64,000 nucleotides of DNA from Smithella sp. (GCA_035524255.1 DATKPG010000023.1:19459-83458); one strand, 5' to 3'. Shown: positions 40,519 through 50,698, counted from the stretch's first letter. The notes: a model not told the origin generated them from the letters alone. Program-made: numbers and translations.

Positions 40519-41685
40519 ATGAAAAAACCGGCAATATTTATTATCCTGATGATGATTCTATCGCTTAGCATTTGCGCCTGCAGCAAAACGGATTCCAACA
40601 CGGTTAGAATAGGCCTGATTGCCGAATTGACCGGCGATGTACCCGCGGTCGGCGCGTCCTGTAAAAACGCGGCGGAAATGGCCGTGCAGGAAATCAATGA
40701 TGCCGGCGGGATTCAGTTGGGTGAAAGAAAATACAAGGTGAAGTTAATCATTGAGGATAACGCCGGAAAAGCTGATCAATCGGCTTCCTCGGCTCAAAAG
40801 CTGATTACGCAGCAAAAGGTAACAGCAATCGTCGGTCCCAACGCCAGCCGTTACGTTCTTCCTGCCGCGGAAATCGCCGAATCGGGCAGGGTTGTCCTGA
40901 TCACACCCTGGTCCACCGCTCCTAAGGCAACGCTTGATTCCAAAACAGGAGCTTCCAAAAAATATGTTTTCCGGTCCTGTTTTATCGATCCATTTCAGGG
41001 ACGCGTGCTGGCAAAATTCACACTGGAAAATCTCAAGCTGAAAAAAGCCGCTGTTCTTTATGATGTCGCTTCCGAATACAACAAGGGCATTGCCGAGTAT
41101 TTCAAAGAAGTCTATGAACAAAACGGCGGCAAGATAGTCGCTTTTGAAACCTACACCACCAATGATAAAGATTTCTCATCCCAGTTAACTAAAATCAAAC
41201 AGGCTGCGCCGGACATCATTTTCCTGCCCAACTATTACAGCGAAGTACCGCTGCAGATTCAGCAGGCCAAGCGGCTTGGCATCACCGCGCCTTTTATCGG
41301 CTCTGATTCCTGGGGATCCGAGGAGCTTGTGAAACTTTGCGGCAAGGACTGTAACGATTTTTATTTCAGTACGCATTACGCGGCCGATTCGGCAAGCGAT
41401 ACCACAAAAAGATTTATTGAGAACTACAAGACAAAATATAACACCACGCCGGATGACGTGGCAGCTCTGACTTACGATTCGTTCGGACTTTTATGGCAGG
41501 CGCTTAAAATCGCCGGCAAGAATGACCGCCAGGCCGTGCGCGACGCTTTGGCCAAAATTCCGCAATATGAAGGCGTTACCGGAAACATGCAATTCAGGGA
41601 GGGCTCCGGAGATCCGATCAAGAGCGCTGTAATTTTAAAAATAAAGGATGGGAAGTTTACTTGGTTTGCCAACGCCAAACCATGA
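40519..41685 (+). CDS. branched-chain amino acid (LIV-type) ABC transporter substrate-binding lipoprotein
   Basis: Lipobox LSICAC; type-I periplasmic binding fold pattern (IGLIAELTGDVPAVG..., VTAIVGP); heads a livHMGF-type operon. Confidence 0.88.
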   Translation: MKKPAIFIILMMILSLSICACSKTDSNTVRIGLIAELTGDVPAVGASCKNAAEMAVQEINDAGGIQLGERKYKVKLIIEDNAGKADQSASSAQKLITQQKVTAIVGPNASRYVLPAAEIAESGRVVLITPWSTAPKATLDSKTGASKKYVFRSCFIDPFQGRVLAKFTLENLKLKKAAVLYDVASEYNKGIAEYFKEVYEQNGGKIVAFETYTTNDKDFSSQLTKIKQAAPDIIFLPNYYSEVPLQIQQAKRLGITAPFIGSDSWGSEELVKLCGKDCNDFYFSTHYAADSASDTTKRFIENYKTKYNTTPDDVAALTYDSFGLLWQALKIAGKNDRQAVRDALAKIPQYEGVTGNMQFREGSGDPIKSAVILKIKDGKFTWFANAKP

Positions 41686-41694
41686 GCGGCTTTC

Positions 41695-41800
41695 TAAAAT
41701 GTCTTCATACGGCGTTGCGCCTCAGCTTTAGTCACTGCGACCTGCGAAAAAGCAGGCCTCATTCCTAAAGCTTCGCGCGCCTTGTCTGAAGAACATTTTA
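41695..41800. repeat. long imperfect palindrome (~106 nt) between the binding-protein gene and the permease genes
   Basis: The arm taaaatgtcttcatacggcg...cagctttag...cctgc, loop gaaaaa, and arm gcagg...ctaaagct...cgccttgtctgaagaacatttta pair at the ends, middle and apex. Confidence 0.6.
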
Positions 41801-41918
41801 TTTAAGCCGCGCAATGTTTTTCGTACTGATGCAGTCATTTATTCGGTTTCGGAAATAACTCCTGAATAGCGAATAAAGTTTGGTATGATGACGAGACAAA
41901 GGAAACAATAACTGCAAT

Positions 41919-42794
41919 ATGGCCTATATCTTCCAACAATTTCTCAATGCTTTGCAACTGGGCAGTATTTACGCGTTGATAGCCCTTGGTTACACCATGG
42001 TCTACGGCATTTTGACAATGATCAACTTCGCCCACGGCGATCTGTTCATGGTCGGCGCTTTTTTCTGTTTTTTGCTGGCCTTCTATCTCCATCTTTCGTT
42101 TATCCCGACACTGCTTTTATCCATGATGGGCGTGGCCTGCCTGGGCGTCATCATCGAACGGCTGGCTTACAAACCGCTGCGCAACGCCCCGCGCGTCTCC
42201 GCCATTATCACCGCGCTTGGCGTTGGACTTTTTCTGGAAAATTTCACACTGGCGCTTTCCCCCTATCCTAAACATATTCCGTCGCTCCTGCAAAATACCA
42301 CATGGACATTCGGCGCTCTTTCCATTTCTTCCCTGCAGATTATCATCATTTTCCTTTCACTGGTTTTGATGCTGATTCTGGATTTTATTGTGCAGAGAAC
42401 CAAAGCAGGCATGGCCATGCGCGCCATTTCCTGGGACAAGACGATTGTGCCGCTGATGGGTGTGCCGGTGAATAAAATAATTTCGTTGACATTCGCCATT
42501 GGCACGGGACTCGGCGGCGCCGCCGGAATGATGTACGGGATGGCCTATCCGGTGATTGATCCGTACATGGGTATCATGGTCGGCTGGAAAGCATTTATCT
42601 GCGCCGTGGTCGGCGGCATCGGCAATATCCGTGGCGCGATGATCGGCGGTTTCATTCTGGGGGCAGTGGAAATTATGGTCGGCGCATTTTTCCCATCCAC
42701 GTACCGTGACTTTGTGGCCTTTACGCTGCTGCTTATTCTGCTGATTGTCAGGCCATATGGAATTATGGGTAAGCCCCATCCGCAGAAGGTGTAA
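41919..42794 (+). CDS. livH: branched-chain amino acid ABC transporter permease (LivH-like)
   Basis: MAYIFQQFLNALQLGSIYALIALGYTMVYGIL is the typical LivH N-terminus. Confidence 0.9.
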   Translation: MAYIFQQFLNALQLGSIYALIALGYTMVYGILTMINFAHGDLFMVGAFFCFLLAFYLHLSFIPTLLLSMMGVACLGVIIERLAYKPLRNAPRVSAIITALGVGLFLENFTLALSPYPKHIPSLLQNTTWTFGALSISSLQIIIIFLSLVLMLILDFIVQRTKAGMAMRAISWDKTIVPLMGVPVNKIISLTFAIGTGLGGAAGMMYGMAYPVIDPYMGIMVGWKAFICAVVGGIGNIRGAMIGGFILGAVEIMVGAFFPSTYRDFVAFTLLLILLIVRPYGIMGKPHPQKV

Positions 42795-42799
42795 CCATA

Positions 42800-43843
42800 A
42801 TGGCCAAATTATCCGCCGCATATTACACACTGCTTACCCGATGGCACACGCTCACAGGCTACAAATACTTCTGGCCCGGCTTCATGATCGCGGGGCTGGG
42901 ATTTTGCATGGCTGCCTCGACCTTTGAATTTCTGGATTTATATCTTCAACTGATTTTAATTTACGTCGGCATCAACATCATCCTCACCGTCAGTCTGAAT
43001 TTAATCAACGGTTACATGGGCGAATTCTCCGTGGGGCATGCCGGTTTCATGGCCGTGGGCGCTTACATAGCTTCACTTCTGACAGTCCATGTATTTCCGT
43101 CAGGTGTTCAAAATTTGCTATTTCCTCTGGCGATCCTGGCAGGCGGCATCGGCGCGGGGTTGATCGGTTTCCTGGTGGCAATACCCTCTTTTAAAACACG
43201 CGGCGATTATCTGGCCATTGTTACACTGGCCTTCTGCATGATTGTGAAGTCCGTTCTGGAAAATATCGACGCCGTGGGCGGGCCGCGCGGCCTTCTGGGA
43301 ATGGAAAAGCTCACCACACTGCCGTGGGTATTTTTCTGGACTGTTTTGTCCGTCTGGGTGATACGTAATCTGGTTTATTCAAATTTCGGGCGCGGTATTC
43401 TGTCCATTCGCGAAGATGAAATCGCCAGCGATCTGATGAGCGTCAACACGCGCCAGGTTAAAATCATCGCTTTTGTCGTTTCGTCTTTCTTCGCGGGCAT
43501 TGCCGGAGGCCTGTTTGCCCACGCGCTGCAGTTTATCAACCCGCGCATGTTTGATATTCTTAAATCCACCGATATTCTGATTATGGTTTATCTGGGCGGA
43601 ATCGCGTCCATCGCGGGATCAATCATCGGCGCGGTCATTTATACCATATTGCTGGAAATCCTGCGTCCGTTGGGCGTGTGGCGGATGGTACTTATGCCGC
43701 TTATGCTCGTACTCCTGATGATCTATCGGCCACAAGGTATCATGGGCATGAGGGAAACCCGCCTGTTTAAGCCGCTTCGTGATCTGGTGACGGAAAAACT
43801 GTGGCGGAAAAAGAAAAAGGAGGCCGCTAATGCCGCTCCTTGA
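42800..43843 (+). CDS. livM: branched-chain amino acid ABC transporter permease (LivM-like)
   Basis: Polytopic; NLINGYMGEFSVGHAGFMAVGAY motif. Confidence 0.9.
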   Translation: MAKLSAAYYTLLTRWHTLTGYKYFWPGFMIAGLGFCMAASTFEFLDLYLQLILIYVGINIILTVSLNLINGYMGEFSVGHAGFMAVGAYIASLLTVHVFPSGVQNLLFPLAILAGGIGAGLIGFLVAIPSFKTRGDYLAIVTLAFCMIVKSVLENIDAVGGPRGLLGMEKLTTLPWVFFWTVLSVWVIRNLVYSNFGRGILSIREDEIASDLMSVNTRQVKIIAFVVSSFFAGIAGGLFAHALQFINPRMFDILKSTDILIMVYLGGIASIAGSIIGAVIYTILLEILRPLGVWRMVLMPLMLVLLMIYRPQGIMGMRETRLFKPLRDLVTEKLWRKKKKEAANAAP

Positions 43844-44600
43844 AATATCCGGACTTACGCACCGCTTCGCGGGCCTTTGCGCCGTATCCGATTTCAACTT
43901 TGCCATAGAACCGCATGAACTAGTCGGAATTATCGGCCCCAACGGAGCCGGAAAAACTACCGTATTCAATTTAATCACCGGCGTCTATTGCGCCTCCGAG
44001 GGCGGCATCAAGATGGAGGGACGGGAACTTGTGGGCCTTACACCCCACGCAATCACCAAGCGGGGCATTGCCCGGACTTTTCAGAACATCCGGCTATTCA
44101 AGGAACTAAGCGTTCTGGACAATGTGCGCGTTGCGCACTACGGTCAGATTTCTTACACACCCGTGGAGGCGCTGCTGCACATTGGCCGTTTCCGCGCCGA
44201 AGAGCGGCGCATCACCAGCCAGACACTGGATTTATTATCTGTTTTCAAGCTTGATGATTCGGCCGGTGAAAAAGCAAAAAACCTGCCTTACGGTTTGCAG
44301 CGTCGCCTGGAAATTGCCAGAGCGCTGGCCACAGGACCAAAGCTCCTGCTTCTGGATGAACCTGCTGCGGGAATGAACCCCAATGAAATTATTCAGCTGA
44401 TGGAATTTATCGGGTGGATTCGTAAAACTTTTTCGGTAACGATCATTCTGATTGAACATCAGATGCGGCTGGTTATGGGTATTTGCGAACGGCTGGCAGT
44501 ACTGGATTTTGGCGCAACCATTGCGCAGGGATTCCCAGCGGATATTCAAAACAACCCAAAAGTAATGGAAGCCTATCTGGGTGAGGAGGCCGTTTTATGA
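43830..44600 (+). CDS. livG: ABC transporter ATP-binding protein (LivG-like)
   Basis: Walker A GPNGAGKTT, signature LPYGLQRRLEIARAL and Walker B LLLLDEP. Confidence 0.92.
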   Translation: MPLLEISGLTHRFAGLCAVSDFNFAIEPHELVGIIGPNGAGKTTVFNLITGVYCASEGGIKMEGRELVGLTPHAITKRGIARTFQNIRLFKELSVLDNVRVAHYGQISYTPVEALLHIGRFRAEERRITSQTLDLLSVFKLDDSAGEKAKNLPYGLQRRLEIARALATGPKLLLLDEPAAGMNPNEIIQLMEFIGWIRKTFSVTIILIEHQMRLVMGICERLAVLDFGATIAQGFPADIQNNPKVMEAYLGEEAVL

Positions 44601-45316
44601 CGCCCTCTAATCGAATTCTTGTTGTCTCAAACTTGCGAGTGTCCTATGACAGTGTTCGCGCGGTCGACGATATTTCTTTTGAAGTCGGCCAGGGAGAAAT
44701 TGTAACGCTGATCGGCGCCAACGGAGCGGGGAAATCATCCATCCTGCGGGCTATTTCCGGTCTCGTTCCTTACAGCGGCAGCATAACCTGCTGGGGAAAA
44801 GATTTAAAAAATATTGCCGCCGATCAAATTGTCGCCGCCGGCATCGCCCACGTACCGGAAGGCAGGGGAATCTTCGGCAATCTGACGGTGCTGGAAAATT
44901 TAAAGATCGCCGCGTGGCAGCGTAAAGATAAAGAAAAGATTGTAAAAGATTTTGAAAATGTCTTTTCATTGTTTCCGCGCCTGCGGGAACGAAAACGACA
45001 ACAGGGCGGAATGCTATCCGGCGGCGAACAGCAAATGCTTGCCGTGGGCCGCGCGCTTATGACCGACGCGCAAATCCTGCTGCTCGACGAGCCATCGATG
45101 GGACTCTCGCCGGTTCTTGTGCGGGATATTTTCAAGATTATTCAAGACATTAATCGGGCGGGAAAAACAATTCTGCTCGTCGAACAAAACGCCAACATGT
45201 CCCTGCACATCGCATCGCGCGGGTACGTTCTGGAAACAGGCCGTATTGTTCTTTCCGGCACAGGAAAGGAACTGACGGGGAATCCAAGAGTTAAAGAAGC
45301 ATACCTCGGAGGATAA
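44597..45316 (+). CDS. livF: ABC transporter ATP-binding protein (LivF-like)
   Basis: Walker A GANGAGKSS, signature LSGGEQQMLAVGRAL and Walker B ILLLDEPS. Confidence 0.92.
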   Translation: MTPSNRILVVSNLRVSYDSVRAVDDISFEVGQGEIVTLIGANGAGKSSILRAISGLVPYSGSITCWGKDLKNIAADQIVAAGIAHVPEGRGIFGNLTVLENLKIAAWQRKDKEKIVKDFENVFSLFPRLRERKRQQGGMLSGGEQQMLAVGRALMTDAQILLLDEPSMGLSPVLVRDIFKIIQDINRAGKTILLVEQNANMSLHIASRGYVLETGRIVLSGTGKELTGNPRVKEAYLGG

Positions 45317-45541
45317 TTTCGTGTTTTGTCATCCTGCCTGTGCATAACGGGAATCCCGTAATCTTATTATAAACTATCTCATGATAAAATATCATTATCG
45401 CAGGCGCACGGACGATCTGTGAATATAGCCTCTCTAAAGCCTTGTTTTTTTAATATTAATTTTGTGCTATAGTATAAACAGCGACAGTTGACATGTTGAG
45501 GCATCTCAGGGAATCATGGAGCAGCAGAAGGTAAAATCGAA

Positions 45542-46174
45542 ATGCAAGAGCTAAACGGAATTAAGATATATGATAAACTTCCGGAAATTGTTTGTCCGGA
45601 ACACTCCTGTCTGGTTGTCTGGGATGTGCAAAATGGTCTCGTTAATTGGATATTTAATAAGGATCAATTTCTTAATACTCTAAAAGTCTTCATTGAAAAA
45701 ATACGGGGGAAGATGCCGATCGTCTACACATTGATTACTCCTCCTTCCAGAAACCTCACATCGGCCTGGCACCTTTTTGCGCAAATGAGACGTTTTAAAG
45801 TAGATGATGTAAATAAATTGCCGTCTTTTATGGCAGCAGGCTCAAAGGATCGCGAAATTCCTGAAATCGTCAAGCCTCATCGCGATGATGTAGTTATGGA
45901 GAAACCTTCGGCCAGCATTTTTTTTGGAACAAATTTTGAATATATGATGCGGAGTCGCCGAATTAACACGATCATTTTTACCGGCATTGCTACTGAAATG
46001 GGAATTGAATCATCGGCAAGGGACGCCGCGAACAGGGGCTTTTATCCTGCGGTCGCAGAAGATTGTGTTTCCTCAATGGATAAGGATGCCCATGAGCGTT
46101 CCATAAAAACAATGGCGAAGCTTTTTATTGTTGAAAAGGCGGAAACCCTTTTAGAAAATATAGATAGAAAATAA
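45542..46174 (+). CDS. isochorismatase-family cysteine hydrolase
   Basis: LVVWDVQNG...; FTGIATEMGIESSARDA (the catalytic Cys position is replaced in this motif; the family fold pattern is otherwise retained). Confidence 0.7.
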   Translation: MQELNGIKIYDKLPEIVCPEHSCLVVWDVQNGLVNWIFNKDQFLNTLKVFIEKIRGKMPIVYTLITPPSRNLTSAWHLFAQMRRFKVDDVNKLPSFMAAGSKDREIPEIVKPHRDDVVMEKPSASIFFGTNFEYMMRSRRINTIIFTGIATEMGIESSARDAANRGFYPAVAEDCVSSMDKDAHERSIKTMAKLFIVEKAETLLENIDRK

Positions 46175-46348
46175 AACAGGAATTTTCATTATTTAGTCAA
46201 TTATTTCCCGCAGGATATGCATGAGGATAGATATCGTCCATTTCCCTCTATGGTTGTGTAATCACGAATCTATAGACAATTGCAAAGTGTAAATTAAATT
46301 ATTCCATAGATAAAAAATTCTTGACAAATCAGGCAACCGTATATATTT

Positions 46349-46374
46349 TGTTGTCATGACAACATTTGTTGTCA
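46349..46374. promoter_or_regulatory. MarR operator candidate: perfect 16-bp palindrome plus a third half-site
   Basis: tgttgtcatgacaaca (46349-46364) is its own reverse complement. tgttgtca repeats at 46367-46374. A TTGACA -35-like hexamer lies at 46321-46326. Confidence 0.55.
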
Positions 46375-46406
46375 TATTTTTATTTGTGGACAAAGTATTC
46401 CGGAAA

Positions 46407-46859
46407 ATGAAAAGAAAACAGGCAATTTATTCTCCCGACGAATCTTTGGGTTTTTGGCTTTATCGGAGCCATACCCAGGTATCTGCCGCATTGCGCCAGA
46501 CTTTTCAGGATGCCGGATACGATTTGACTCCTGAACAATGGGCGGTTCTATACCGTCTGCATGAGCAGGAAGGCATAAACCAAATTCAACTTAGTGAAAA
46601 AACTTTCAAGGACCGTCATAATATTACACGCATTCTTAAACAGCTCGATAAACGGGGCTATATTGAAAAAAGAAACAATGAAAACGATAAACGTGCGTAC
46701 CGAATTTATTTGAGTCCAAGCGGCCGGTCTGTTTATGAAAATATAAAGCCACTTGTCCTAAAGCATCGCAGGCGTATTTGTAAGGGTTTTAAGGCAAAAG
46801 ACATGCTCATTATCCGTAAATATCTGGGACAGGTTATTCATAATTTAAACAATCAGTAA
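46407..46859 (+). CDS. MarR family transcriptional regulator
   Basis: wHTH pattern LTPEQWAVLYRLHEQEGINQIQLSEKTFKDRHNITRILKQLDKRGYIEKRNNENDKRAYRIYLSPSG. The ATG at 46407 (MKRKQ) is preferred over the track start at 46356, which lies inside the operator. Confidence 0.88.
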   Translation: MKRKQAIYSPDESLGFWLYRSHTQVSAALRQTFQDAGYDLTPEQWAVLYRLHEQEGINQIQLSEKTFKDRHNITRILKQLDKRGYIEKRNNENDKRAYRIYLSPSGRSVYENIKPLVLKHRRRICKGFKAKDMLIIRKYLGQVIHNLNNQ

Positions 46860-46926
46860 AGCTTCGGAATATTTAACAAAATTAAATGCGGTAAATAAAT
46901 AAGGCTAATGGAGACTACCGGGAAAT

Positions 46927-47973
46927 ATGAAAAAATGGGGATTCAGAATTATTGCTATCACGGCGATAACGGCGGCGGTCGTTTATGGAATAATTTATTT
47001 TATCCATTCCCTTTCTCATGAAAGCACCGATGACGCTTATGTGTCGGGAACAGTTGTTCCGATCGCGGCAGAGATAAAAGGACGGGTAACCAATGTTTTT
47101 GTTACCGATAATCAATATGTAGAAGCAGGCAAACCCCTGCTGGAAATTGACCGGCAGGATTATCTCAATCATTTCGATGAAAGCAGTCAAAGCCTTTCGA
47201 GGCTGGATTCGGAAGAAAACGAACTCAAGGCCGTTATTGTCGAGAAAGAAAAAGGACTCATTAGAGCACACGCCAATCTGGATGTCGCCGTCAATGAGGA
47301 AGACCTCGCTCTCAAAGAGCTTAAGCGCTACGAAACACTGCTTAAAAAAGAGGCCGTTTCCCAAAATGAGTATGATCAGTTTAAATCCCGCTGGTTAGTG
47401 GCTGTTGCCCGTAAACGCGCGGCTGAAGCCACCGTGGCCGAGGCCGAGGTTGCGCTTCAATCCGCCAAAACAAAAACGATGACTCAATCATTCAAAATCA
47501 AGGAAGCTCAGTCCATCAATAAATTAACCAAGTTAGATCTGGCACGCACAGTAGTTACGGCGCCGGTCAGCGGACGGATTGCCATGAAGAATGTCGACCC
47601 GGGAAAATATGTCATGCCCGGGCAGGCTCTGCTATCCATCGTAAAGGAAGATATCTGGGTCATTGCCAATTTCAAAGAAACGCAAATTACCAAAATGACA
47701 GTCGGGCAGCCTGTGGAAATTGAGGTTGACGCTTACTCTTCCATCAAGTTCAAAGGTCATATCGACAGTCTCCAGCCGGGGACAGGTTCTGTATTCAGCC
47801 TGCTGCCGCCGGAAAATGCCACCGGTAGTTTTATAAAAGTCGTGCAACGGGTTCCCGTCAAAATTATAATTGATTCCAAATTTGATCCTCATCATCCACT
47901 GTGGCCGGGGTTATCCGTAATTCCTACAGTTGACGTGAGCCGCGCGACCGGCACTAAACTTTCCGCCAAGTAG
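46927..47973 (+). CDS. HlyD-family secretion / EmrA-like membrane fusion protein
   Basis: N-terminal TM, ESTDDAYVSGTVVPIAAEIKGRV (the lipoyl-like EmrA signature), a coiled coil and VTAPVSGRIA. Confidence 0.88.
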   Translation: MKKWGFRIIAITAITAAVVYGIIYFIHSLSHESTDDAYVSGTVVPIAAEIKGRVTNVFVTDNQYVEAGKPLLEIDRQDYLNHFDESSQSLSRLDSEENELKAVIVEKEKGLIRAHANLDVAVNEEDLALKELKRYETLLKKEAVSQNEYDQFKSRWLVAVARKRAAEATVAEAEVALQSAKTKTMTQSFKIKEAQSINKLTKLDLARTVVTAPVSGRIAMKNVDPGKYVMPGQALLSIVKEDIWVIANFKETQITKMTVGQPVEIEVDAYSSIKFKGHIDSLQPGTGSVFSLLPPENATGSFIKVVQRVPVKIIIDSKFDPHHPLWPGLSVIPTVDVSRATGTKLSAK

Positions 47974-47980
47974 AGCGCCC

Positions 47981-49534
47981 ATGGAAGAAAAAAGCCGCAC
48001 ACACAAATGGATGATCACGCTGACGGTTATGTCCGGCATGATCATGTCGGCGCTGGATATGAGCATCGTCAATGTGGCTCTTCCGCACATGCGCGGATCG
48101 CTGAGCGCGTCCGTCGAGGAAATTACCTGGGTCTCGACCGGTTATATTCTTTCCAATGTCATCATCATGCCGATTGTCGCTTTCCTGAGTTCGCGTTTCG
48201 GCAGGAAGAATTTTTATATTTTCTCGGTTTTATCATTTACCGCCGCGTCCATGCTTTGCGGCATTGCCTGGGATCTCCCCTCGATGGTCACTTTCCGGAT
48301 TATTCAGGGTATCGGCGGCGGTGCGTTGATTCCCATTTCGCAATCCATTCTCAGAGAAACATACCCGCCGGAAGAACAGGCAATGGCAATGGGAATTTAC
48401 GGAATGGGAATTGTTTTGGGGCCGGCTCTGGGACCGACCCTCGGAGGATGGCTGACCGACAATTACTCCTGGCCATGGATATTTTATATCAACGTTCCCA
48501 TCGGCATCATCAATATTCTGATGATTTTGCGCTTCATTGAAGATCCGCATTTTCTTGTCCGTGAAAAGGGAAAAGTGGATGCTTCCGGACTGTTCTTGAT
48601 GATGTGCGGTCTGGGTGCCCTTCAGATCATGCTGGAACAGGGTGAGCAGCGCGACTGGTTCAATTCCCATTTCATCATTTATCTGGCAGTAATAGCTGCC
48701 GTCGGGCTTCTTTTATTCATATGGCGGGAATTGAGCACCGACAGACCGGCCGTCAATCTGCGTATTTTGAGAAATATAAATTTCACGTCAGCGACATTTT
48801 TAGGAGGCATTCTGGGGCTGGCGCTCATGAGCAGTCTTTTTGTGTTGCCGCTTTTTTTGCAGCAGCTGTTGGGTTACCCCGCTTTTGATTCGGGATTGGC
48901 GCTTCTCCCGCGATCGCTTGCCATGGCTTTGATTATGCCGATTGCCGGACGAATATATAATAAAATCGGTCCCCGTATTCTTATCGGTATAGGATTGTTT
49001 TTAAACGCCGTTTCTTTTTATCAGCTATCCGTGCTTTCGCTTGATATCGGTTTCTGGGACATATTTCTTCCGCAATTTCTGCAGGGAATCGGTTTCGGTA
49101 TGATCTTTGTTTCGCTTAGCACCGCGGCGCTTTCGACAATCGAAAAACATTTACTGACAGCAGCCACTGGACTTTATAATGTAGTGCGAATGGTTTTCGG
49201 CAGCATCGGTATCGCGCTGGCTGCTACCATCCTTGACCGCGGAGAAAATTTCAACCGGGCGCGGCTTATGGAACACATCACCATTTTCGGAGACAGCACC
49301 AACAATATGCTCAGAACGCTAACACAATATTTTTATTCGCGGGGAATGGACATGGCCAATGCCCAGAGCAAAGCGCTCAAGGCGGTTGAAGAAATTGTAA
49401 TGAGACAGGCCAGCATGCTTTCTTTCAATTATCTATTTTCTCTAATTGCGGTGCTTTTTATAATATCCATCCCGTTGATTTTTTTAATAACCGATTCCCA
49501 TAGAGATATAAGTCCGGAAGTGATCGGTGAATAA
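47981..49534 (+). CDS. DHA2-family (EmrB/QacA, 14-TMS) MFS efflux transporter
   Basis: LDMSIVNVALPHM, GRKNFYIFSV and FRIIQGIGGGALIP motifs; about 14 TM segments. Confidence 0.9.
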   Translation: MEEKSRTHKWMITLTVMSGMIMSALDMSIVNVALPHMRGSLSASVEEITWVSTGYILSNVIIMPIVAFLSSRFGRKNFYIFSVLSFTAASMLCGIAWDLPSMVTFRIIQGIGGGALIPISQSILRETYPPEEQAMAMGIYGMGIVLGPALGPTLGGWLTDNYSWPWIFYINVPIGIINILMILRFIEDPHFLVREKGKVDASGLFLMMCGLGALQIMLEQGEQRDWFNSHFIIYLAVIAAVGLLLFIWRELSTDRPAVNLRILRNINFTSATFLGGILGLALMSSLFVLPLFLQQLLGYPAFDSGLALLPRSLAMALIMPIAGRIYNKIGPRILIGIGLFLNAVSFYQLSVLSLDIGFWDIFLPQFLQGIGFGMIFVSLSTAALSTIEKHLLTAATGLYNVVRMVFGSIGIALAATILDRGENFNRARLMEHITIFGDSTNNMLRTLTQYFYSRGMDMANAQSKALKAVEEIVMRQASMLSFNYLFSLIAVLFIISIPLIFLITDSHRDISPEVIGE

Positions 49535-49551
49535 AGTCATAGGAGGCGAAT

Positions 49552-50187
49552 ATGACAGAAAAAACAGTAATTACCATATCCAGGCAGACGGGCAGCGGAG
49601 GAACTTATATCGGTTATCTCGCGGCAAAGAATCTGGGTTTTCGCTATCTGGACAGAGAAATACTGCGGGAGACGGCAAATCAGATGGGAATGGAACCCCG
49701 GATGATGGAACGATTTGACGGGAGGTCAGTCCCTCTGATGGAAAGAATTATCAATTCCTTTAGTTTCGGCACTCCGGAGATGCCAGGCGTGCCGTCATTT
49801 AAAAAACCGATCTACGATAAAGACTTATTTGTTCTGCAGAGCAAAATTATAAAAAAAATTGCCGGCCAGAGCAAATCGGTGATTGTCGGCCGGGGCGGAT
49901 TTTATATTTTAAAGGACAGGCCGGACACCCTTCATGTATTTATTCACGCGCCTTTTGATTATCGCGTCGAATTTGTCATGAAAGAACAGAAGATGGATGA
50001 TATAAAAGCGCAGGCCTTTGTGCGGAATTCGGATCGTACAAGAGCCAAATTTATCCGCGACGTTATCGGCATCGACTGGATGGACGCGCGTAATTTTCAC
50101 TTAAGCCTTGATTCGAGCGTCATCGGTTTCGACGCCTGCGTGGAAATGATCACCGGATTAGTGAAAAAGAAGGCCACTGAATCATAA
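49552..50187 (+). CDS. cytidylate-kinase-like family protein (P-loop)
   Basis: ITISRQTGSGGTYIGYLAAKNLGF, then VIVGRGG, is typical of the Cytidylate_kin2-type family. Confidence 0.7.
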   Translation: MTEKTVITISRQTGSGGTYIGYLAAKNLGFRYLDREILRETANQMGMEPRMMERFDGRSVPLMERIINSFSFGTPEMPGVPSFKKPIYDKDLFVLQSKIIKKIAGQSKSVIVGRGGFYILKDRPDTLHVFIHAPFDYRVEFVMKEQKMDDIKAQAFVRNSDRTRAKFIRDVIGIDWMDARNFHLSLDSSVIGFDACVEMITGLVKKKATES

Positions 50188-50206
50188 AACAGCCCAAATA
50201 ATTTTT

Positions 50207-50698
50207 TCAGCATGTTTTGATTTTCAGCAATTGAATAATTTTATCACTTGCGGGACGCAGCAGGGATTGAGTCTTTGGTGAGAAACTGCGTTTGAAATCG
50301 AATTCGAGCGCGCGAACGGACACCATATACGCCTCAGGCTCACGTTGATAAAGAGTTTTTAAAAAGGCCAGAAGCGCTTCCGGTGTCAGATGATGCGTAA
50401 AAGTCGACGAGACGTACTGAGGGGTTACCTTTGAACAATTTAAATCTTCCATGTCATCGCCGGCGTGAGCGTCAACAAAAATGATTTGATCATAGCCCGC
50501 GATCAACTCCATCATTTCGGGAACCAGCTGGGGTAAAAAAACGGAATCAATTTCCCCGTTAAGATTATCTAAACCCGTATCCTCATCTTCCAGAATTTTT
50601 CGACCCAAATATTGCCTTACAAGATTGACAACTTCATAGGCAACGCCATCGTCAGACCGGTCGATATTACCATAGCCAATTATAATAGTCCGGGTCAT
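50207..50698 (-). CDS. [NiFe]-hydrogenase maturation endopeptidase (HoxW/HycI-like)
   Basis: IIIGYGNIDRSDDGVAYEV, FVDA and H motifs. Start at MTRT (50698). Directly downstream of the large-subunit gene. Confidence 0.8.
   Translation of the reverse strand: MTRTIIIGYGNIDRSDDGVAYEVVNLVRQYLGRKILEDEDTGLDNLNGEIDSVFLPQLVPEMMELIAGYDQIIFVDAHAGDDMEDLNCSKVTPQYVSSTFTHHLTPEALLAFLKTLYQREPEAYMVSVRALEFDFKRSFSPKTQSLLRPASDKIIQLLKIKTC

Noticed and set aside
42357-42830. 157-aa minus-strand ORF across the livH/livM junction.
   Set aside because: It is a His/Arg-rich antisense translation; the permease genes are well supported.
46915-47364. 149-aa minus-strand ORF overlapping the 5' part of the EmrA-like gene.
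   Set aside because: The plus-strand HlyD/EmrA signature is clear, and the minus ORF has no RBS or motif.
48007-48670. 177-aa plus-strand and 145-aa minus-strand ORFs inside the EmrB-like gene.
   Set aside because: They are out-of-frame or antisense shadows of a 14-TMS MFS gene.
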